NCBI RefSeq assembly: GCF_032444005.1
Contig: NC_091291.1
Coordinates: 4,092,001 to 4,156,000, forward strand
Length of the DNA: 64,000 nt
DNA from: Ranitomeya imitator
Taxonomy: Eukaryota
Direction of reading: 5' to 3'
The translations under genes and the position numbers were made by a program. The stretch's first letter is position 1. The number at the start of each line of letters is the position of its first letter. Below are positions 57,401 to 64,000 of the stretch, piece after piece. Under the pieces are notes generated by a model. The model searched no databases. It was not told the DNA's origin and was given only the letters and a program-made list of their open reading frames with translations.

Positions 57401-60400
57401 CACACAGGGACCAGCAGAGGGCGGTGCAGGGATAATACAGGAGGTGTAATGTCACACACGGACCAGCAGAGGGCGGTGCGGGGATAATACAGGAGATGTA
57501 ATGTCACACAGTGACCAGCAGAGGGCGGTGCAGGGATAATACAGGAGATGTAATGTCACACACGGACCAGCAGAGGGCGGTGCGGGGATAATACAGGAGA
57601 TGTAATGTCACACAGGGACCAGCAGAGGGCAGTGCGGGGATAATACAGGAGATGTAATGTCACACAGTGACCAGCAGAGGGCAGTGCGGGGATAATACAG
57701 GAGATGTAATGTCACACAGGGACCAGCAGAGGGCGGTGCGGGGATAATACAGGAGATGTAATGTCACACAGTGACCAGCAGAGGGCGGTGCAGGGATAAT
57801 ACAGGAGATGTAATGTCACACACGGACCAGCAGAGGGCGGTGCGGGGATAATACAGGAGATGTAATGTCACACAGGGACCAGCAGAGGGCAGTGCGGGGA
57901 TAATACAGGAGATGTAATGTCACACAGTGACCAGCAGAGGGCAGTGCGGGGATAATACAGGAGATGTAATGTCACACAGGGACCAGCAGAGGGCAGTGCA
58001 GAAATAATACAGGAGATGTAATGTCACACAGGGACCAGCAGAGGGCGGTGCGGGGATAATACAGGAGATGTAATGTCACACAGGGACCAGCAGAGGGCGG
58101 TGCGGGGATAATACAGGAGGTGTAATGTCACACAGGGACCAGCAGAGGGCGGTGCAGAAATAATACAGGAGATGTAATGTCACACAGGGACCAGCAGAGG
58201 GCGGTGCGGGGATAATACAGGAGGTGTAATGTCACACAGGGACCAGCAGAGGGCGGTGCAGAAATAATACAGGAGATGTAATGTCACACAGGGACCAGCA
58301 GAGGGCGGTGCGGGGATAATACAGGAGGTGTAATGTCACACAGGGACCAGCAGAGGGCGGTGCGGGGATAATACAGGAGATGTAATGTCACACAGGGACC
58401 AGCAGAGGGCAGTGCGGGGATAATACAGGAGATGTAATGTCACACAGGGACCAGCAGAGGGCGGTGCGGGGATAATACAGGAGGTGTAATGTCACACAGG
58501 GACCAGCAGAGGGCGGTGCGGGGATAATACAGGAGATGTAATGTCACACAGGGACCAGCAGAGAGCAGTGCGGGGATAATACAGGAGATGTAATGTCACA
58601 CAGGGACCAGCAGAGGGCGGTGCGGGGATAATACAGGAGATGTAATGTCACACAGGGACCAGCAGAGGGCAGTGCAGAAATAATACAGGAGGTGTAATGT
58701 CACACAGGGACCAGCAGAGGGCGGTGCGGGGATAATACAGGAGATGTAATGTCACACAGTGACCAGCAGAGGGCAGTGCGGGGATAATACAGGAGATGTA
58801 ATGTCACACAGGGACCAGCAGAGGGCGGTGCGGAGATAATACAGGAGATGTAATGTCACACAGGGACCAGCAGAGGGCGGTGCGGGGATAATACAGGAGA
58901 TGTAATGTCACACAGGGACCAGCAGAGGGCGGTGCGGGGATAATACAGGAGATGTAATGTCACACAGGGACCAGCAGAGGGCGGTGCAGGGATAATACAG
59001 GAGGTGTAATGTCACACAGGGACCAGCAGAGGGCGGTGCAGGGATAATACAGGAGATGTAATGTCACACAGGGACCAGCAGAGGGCGGTGCAGGGATAAT
59101 ACAGGAGGTGTAATGTCACACAGGGACCAGCAGAGGGCGGTGCAGGGATAATACAGGAGGTGTAATGTCACACACGGACCAGCAGAGGGCGGTGCGGGGA
59201 TAATACAGGAGATGTAATGTCACACAGTGACCAGCAGAGGGCGGTGCAGGGATAATACAGGAGATGTAATGTCACACAGGGACCAGCAGAGGGCGGTGCG
59301 GGGATAATACAGGAGGTGTAATGTCACACAGGGACCAGCAGAGGGCGGTGCGGGGATAATACAGGAGATGTAATGTCACACACGGACCAGCAGAGGGCGG
59401 TGCAGGGATAATACAGGAGATGTAATGTCACACACGGACCAGCAGAGGGCGGTGCGGGGATAATACAGGAGATGTAATGTCACACAGGGACCAGCAGAGG
59501 GCGGTGCGGGGATAATACAGGAGATGTCATGTCACACAGGGACCAGCAGAGGGCGGTGCGGGGATAATACAGGAGGTGTAATGTCACACAGTGACCAGCA
59601 GAGGGCAGTGCGGGGATAATACAGGAGATGTAATGTCACACAGTGACCAGCAGAGGGCAGTGCAGAAATAATACAGGAGATGTAATGTCACACAGGGACC
59701 AGCAGAGGGCGGTGTGGGGATAATACAGGAGGTGTAATGTCACACAGGGACCAGCAGAGGGCGGTGCAGAAATAATACAAGAGATGTAATGTCACACAGG
59801 GACCAGCAGAGGGCGGTGCGGGGATAATACAGGAGATGTAATGTCACACAGGGACCAGCAGATGGCGGTGCGGGGATAATACAGGAGGTGTAATGTCACA
59901 CAGGGACCAGCAGAGGGCGGTGCGGGGATAATACAGGAGATGTAATGTCACACAGGGACCAGCAGAGGGCGGTGCGGGGATAATACAGGAGATGTAATGT
60001 CACACAGGGACCAGCAGAGGGCGGTGCAGGGATAATACAGGAGATGTAATGTCACACAGGGACCAGCAGAGGGCGGTGCGGGGATAATACAGGAGGTGTA
60101 ATGTCACACAGGGACCAGCAGAGGGCGGTGCGGGGATAATACAGGAGATGTAATGTCACACAGGGACCAGCAGAGGGCGGTGCGGGGATAATACAGGAGA
60201 TGTAATGTCACACAGGGACCAGCAGAGGGCAGTGCAGAAATAATACAGGAGGTGTAATGTCACACAGGGACCAGCAGAGGGCGGTGCGGGGATAATACAG
60301 GAGACGTAATGTCACACAGGGACCAGCAGAGGGCGGTGCAGAAATAATACAGGAGATGTAATGTCACACAGGGACCAGCAGAGGGCGGTGCAGAAATAAT

Positions 60401-63400
60401 ACAGGAGATGTAATGTCACACAGGGACCAGCAGAGGGCGGTGCGGGGATAATACAGGAGGTGTAATGTCACACAGGGACCAGCAGAGGGCGGTGCGGGGA
60501 TAATACAGGAGATGTAATGTCACACAGGGACCAGCAGAGGGCAGTGCAGAAATAATACAGGAGGTGTAATGTCACACAGGGACCAGCAGAGGGCGGTGCG
60601 GGGATAATACAGGAGGTGTAATGTCACACAGGGACCAGCAGAGGGCGGTGCGGGGATAATACAGGAGATGTAATGAAACACAGGGACCAGCAGAGGGCGG
60701 TGCGGGGATAATACAGGAGATGTAATGTCACACAGGGACCAGCAGAGGGCAGTGCAGAAATAATACAGGAGATGTAATGTCACACACGGACCAGCAGAGG
60801 GCAGTGCGGGGATAATACAGGAGGTGTAATGTCACACAGGGACCAGCAGAGGGCGGTGCAGAAATAATACAGGAGATGTAATGTCACACAGGGACCAGAA
60901 GAGGGCGGTGCGGGGATAATACAGGAGATGTAATGTCACACAGGGACCAGCAGAGGGCGGTGCGGGGATAATACAGGAGATGTAATGTCACACAGGGACC
61001 AGCAGAGGGCGGTGCGGGGATAATACAGGAGGTGTAATGTCACACAGGGACCAGCAGAGGGCGGTGCGGGGATAATACAGGAGGTGTAATGTCACACAGG
61101 GACCAGCAGAGGGCGGTGCAGAAATAATACAGGAGATGTAATGTCACACAGGGACCAGCAGAGGGCGGTGCGGGGATAATACAGGAGATGTAATGTCACA
61201 CAGGGACCAGCAGATGGCGGTGCGGGGATAATACAGGAGGTGTAATGTCACACAGGGACCAGCAGAGGGAGGTGCGGGGATAATACAGGAGATGTAATGT
61301 CACACAGGGACCAGCAGAGGGCGGTGCGGGGATAATACAGGAGATGTAATGTCACACAGGGACCAGCAGAGGGCGGTGCAGGGATAATACAGGAGATGTA
61401 ATGTCACACAGGGACCAGCAGAGGGCGGTGCGGGGATAATACAGGAGATGTAATGTCACACAGGGACCAGCAGAGGGCGGTGCGGGGATAATACAGGAGG
61501 TGTAATGTCACACAGGGACCAGCAGAGGGCGGTGCGGGGATAATACAGGAGATGTAATGTCACACAGGGACCAGCAGAGGGCGGTGCGGGGATAATACAG
61601 GAGGTGTAATGTCACACAGGGACCAGCAGAGGGCGGTGCAGAAATAATACAGGAGATGTAATGTCACACAGGGACCAGCAGAGGGCGGTGCGGGGATAAT
61701 ACAGGAGATGTAATGTCACACAGGGACCAGCAGATGGCGGTGCGGGGATAATACAGGAGGTGTAATGTCACACAGGGACCAGCAGAGGGAGGTGCGGGGA
61801 TAATACAGGAGATGTAATGTCACACAGGGACCAGCAGAGGGCGGTGCGGGGATAATACAGGAGATGTAATGTCACACAGGGACCAGCAGAGGGCGGTGCA
61901 GGGATAATACAGGAGATGTAATGTCACACAGGGACCAGCAGAGGGCGGTGCGGGGATAATACAGGAGATGTAATGTCACACAGGGACCAGCAGAGGGCGG
62001 TGCGGGGATAATACAGGAGGTGTAATGTCACACAGGGACCAGCAGAGGGCGGTGCGGGGATAATACAGGAGATGTAATGTCACACAGGGACCAGCAGAGG
62101 GCGGTGCGGGGATAATACAGGAGATGTAATGTCACACAGGGACCAGCAGAGGGCGGTGCGGGGATAATACAGGAGGTGTAATGTCACACAGGGACCAGCA
62201 GAGGGCGGTGCAGGGATAATACAGGAGGTGTAATGTCACACAGGGACCAGCAGAGGGCGGTGCAGGGATAATACAGGAGATGTAATGTCACACAGGGACC
62301 AGCAGAGGGCGGTGCAGGGATAATACAGGAGGTGTAATGTCACACACGGACCAGCAGAGGGCGGTGCGGGGATAATACAGGAGATGTAATGTCACACAGG
62401 GACCAGCAGAGGGCGGTGCGGGGATAATACAGGAGGTGTAATGTCACACAGTGACCAGCAGAGGGCGGTGCAGGGATAATACAGGAGATGTAATGTCACA
62501 CACGGACCAGCAGAGGGCGGTGCGGGGATAATACAGGAGATGTAATGTCACACAGGGACCAGCAGAGGGCAGTGCGGGGATAATACAGGAGATGTAATGT
62601 CACACAGTGACCAGCAGAGGGCAGTGCGGGGATAATACAGGAGATGTAATGTCACACAGGGACCAGCAGAGGGCGGTGCGGGGATAATACAGGAGATGTA
62701 ATGTCACACAGTGACCAGCAGAGGGCGGTGCAGGGATAATACAGGAGATGTAATGTCACACACGGACCAGCAGAGGGCGGTGCGGGGATAATACAGGAGA
62801 TGTAATGTCACACAGGGACCAGCAGAGGGCAGTGCGGGGATAATACAGGAGATGTAATGTCACACAGTGACCAGCAGAGGGCAGTGCGGGGATAATACAG
62901 GAGATGTAATGTCACACAGGGACCAGCAGAGGGCAGTGCAGAAATAATACAGGAGATGTAATGTCACACAGGGACCAGCAGAGGGCGGTGCGGGGATAAT
63001 ACAGATGTAATGTCACACAGGGACCAGCAGAGGGCGGTGCGGGGATAATACAGGAGATGTAATGTCACACAGGGACCAGCAGAGGGCGGTGCGGGGATAA
63101 TACAGGAGGTGTAATGTCACACAGGGACCAGCAGAGGGCGGTGCAGAAATAATACAGGAGATGTAATGTCACACAGGGACCAGCAGAGGGCGGTGCGGGG
63201 ATAATACAGGAGGTGTAATGTCACACAGGGACCAGCAGAGGGCGGTGCAGAAATAATACAGGAGATGTAATGTCACACAGGGACCAGCAGAGGGCGGTGC
63301 GGGGATAATACAGGAGGTGTAATGTCACACAGGGACCAGCAGAGGGCGGTGCGGGGATAATACAGGAGATGTAATGTCACACAGGGACCAGCAGAGGGCA

Positions 63401-64000
63401 GTGCGGGGATAATACAGGAGATGTAATGTCACACAGGGACCAGCAGAGGGCGGTGCGGGGATAATACAGGAGGTGTAATGTCACACAGGGACCAGCAGAG
63501 GGCGGTGCGGGGATAATACAGGAGATGTAATGTCACACAGGGACCAGCAGAGAGCAGTGCGGGGATAATACAGGAGATGTAATGTCACACAGGGACCAGC
63601 AGAGGGCGGTGCGGGGATAATACAGGAGATGTAATGTCACACAGGGACCAGCAGAGGGCAGTGCAGAAATAATACAGGAGGTGTAATGTCACACAGGGAC
63701 CAGCAGAGGGCGGTGCGGGGATAATACAGGAGATGTAATGTCACACAGTGACCAGCAGAGGGCAGTGCGGGGATAATACAGGAGATGTAATGTCACACAG
63801 GGACCAGCAGAGGGCGGTGCGGAGATAATACAGGAGATGTAATGTCACACAGGGACCAGCAGAGGGCGGTGCGGGGATAATACAGGAGATGTAATGTCAC
63901 ACAGGGACCAGCAGAGGGCGGTGCGGGGATAATACAGGAGATGTAATGTCACACAGGGACCAGCAGAGGGCGGTGCAGGGATAATACAGGAGGTGTAATG
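54497..64000. repeat. Minisatellite, 52 bp unit GGACCAGCAGAGGGC(G/A)GTGCGGGGATAATACAGGAG(A/G)TGTAATGTCACACAG, ~180 copies, runs off the window
   Basis: TAATGTCA at 54541 and 54593 (period 52). Begins ~40 bp upstream of the cplane2 acceptor, so it is presumably in intron 1. Confidence 0.98.

Noticed and set aside
9890-64000. CRISPR-like appearance of 27-52 bp repeats
   Set aside because: Units are contiguous with no unique spacers, there are no cas genes, and the context is a spliced eukaryotic locus.

Overview
Vertebrate genomic DNA, probably anuran (inferred from repeat types, not proven). About 80% (~52 kb by my estimate) is minisatellite: 13 arrays with units of 22-73 bp, which produce nearly all the long ORFs in the track. 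Three host genes are supported. (1) Four coding exons of cplane2/rsg1 on the minus strand (53340-54454); exon 1 is not seen and probably lies beyond the window, past a >9.5 kb array. (2) An intronless, divergent claudin-8/17-like gene on the plus strand (38792-39508). (3) Two N-terminal coding exons of an anoctamin-7-like gene on the minus strand (9492-9808). Also present: an L2-type LINE 3' end, three Tc1/mariner relics, several TAA/TTA-flanked MITEs, and a 330-bp retrozyme/Penelope-like unit carrying a well-formed type I hammerhead ribozyme. A second, degenerate hammerhead core lies near 36.07 kb. The best leads are the hammerhead unit, the ano7-like gene beside cplane2, the claudin with a longer first extracellular loop, a ~180-copy array of CTCF-consensus motifs, and a minisatellite derived from a Tc1 terminus.
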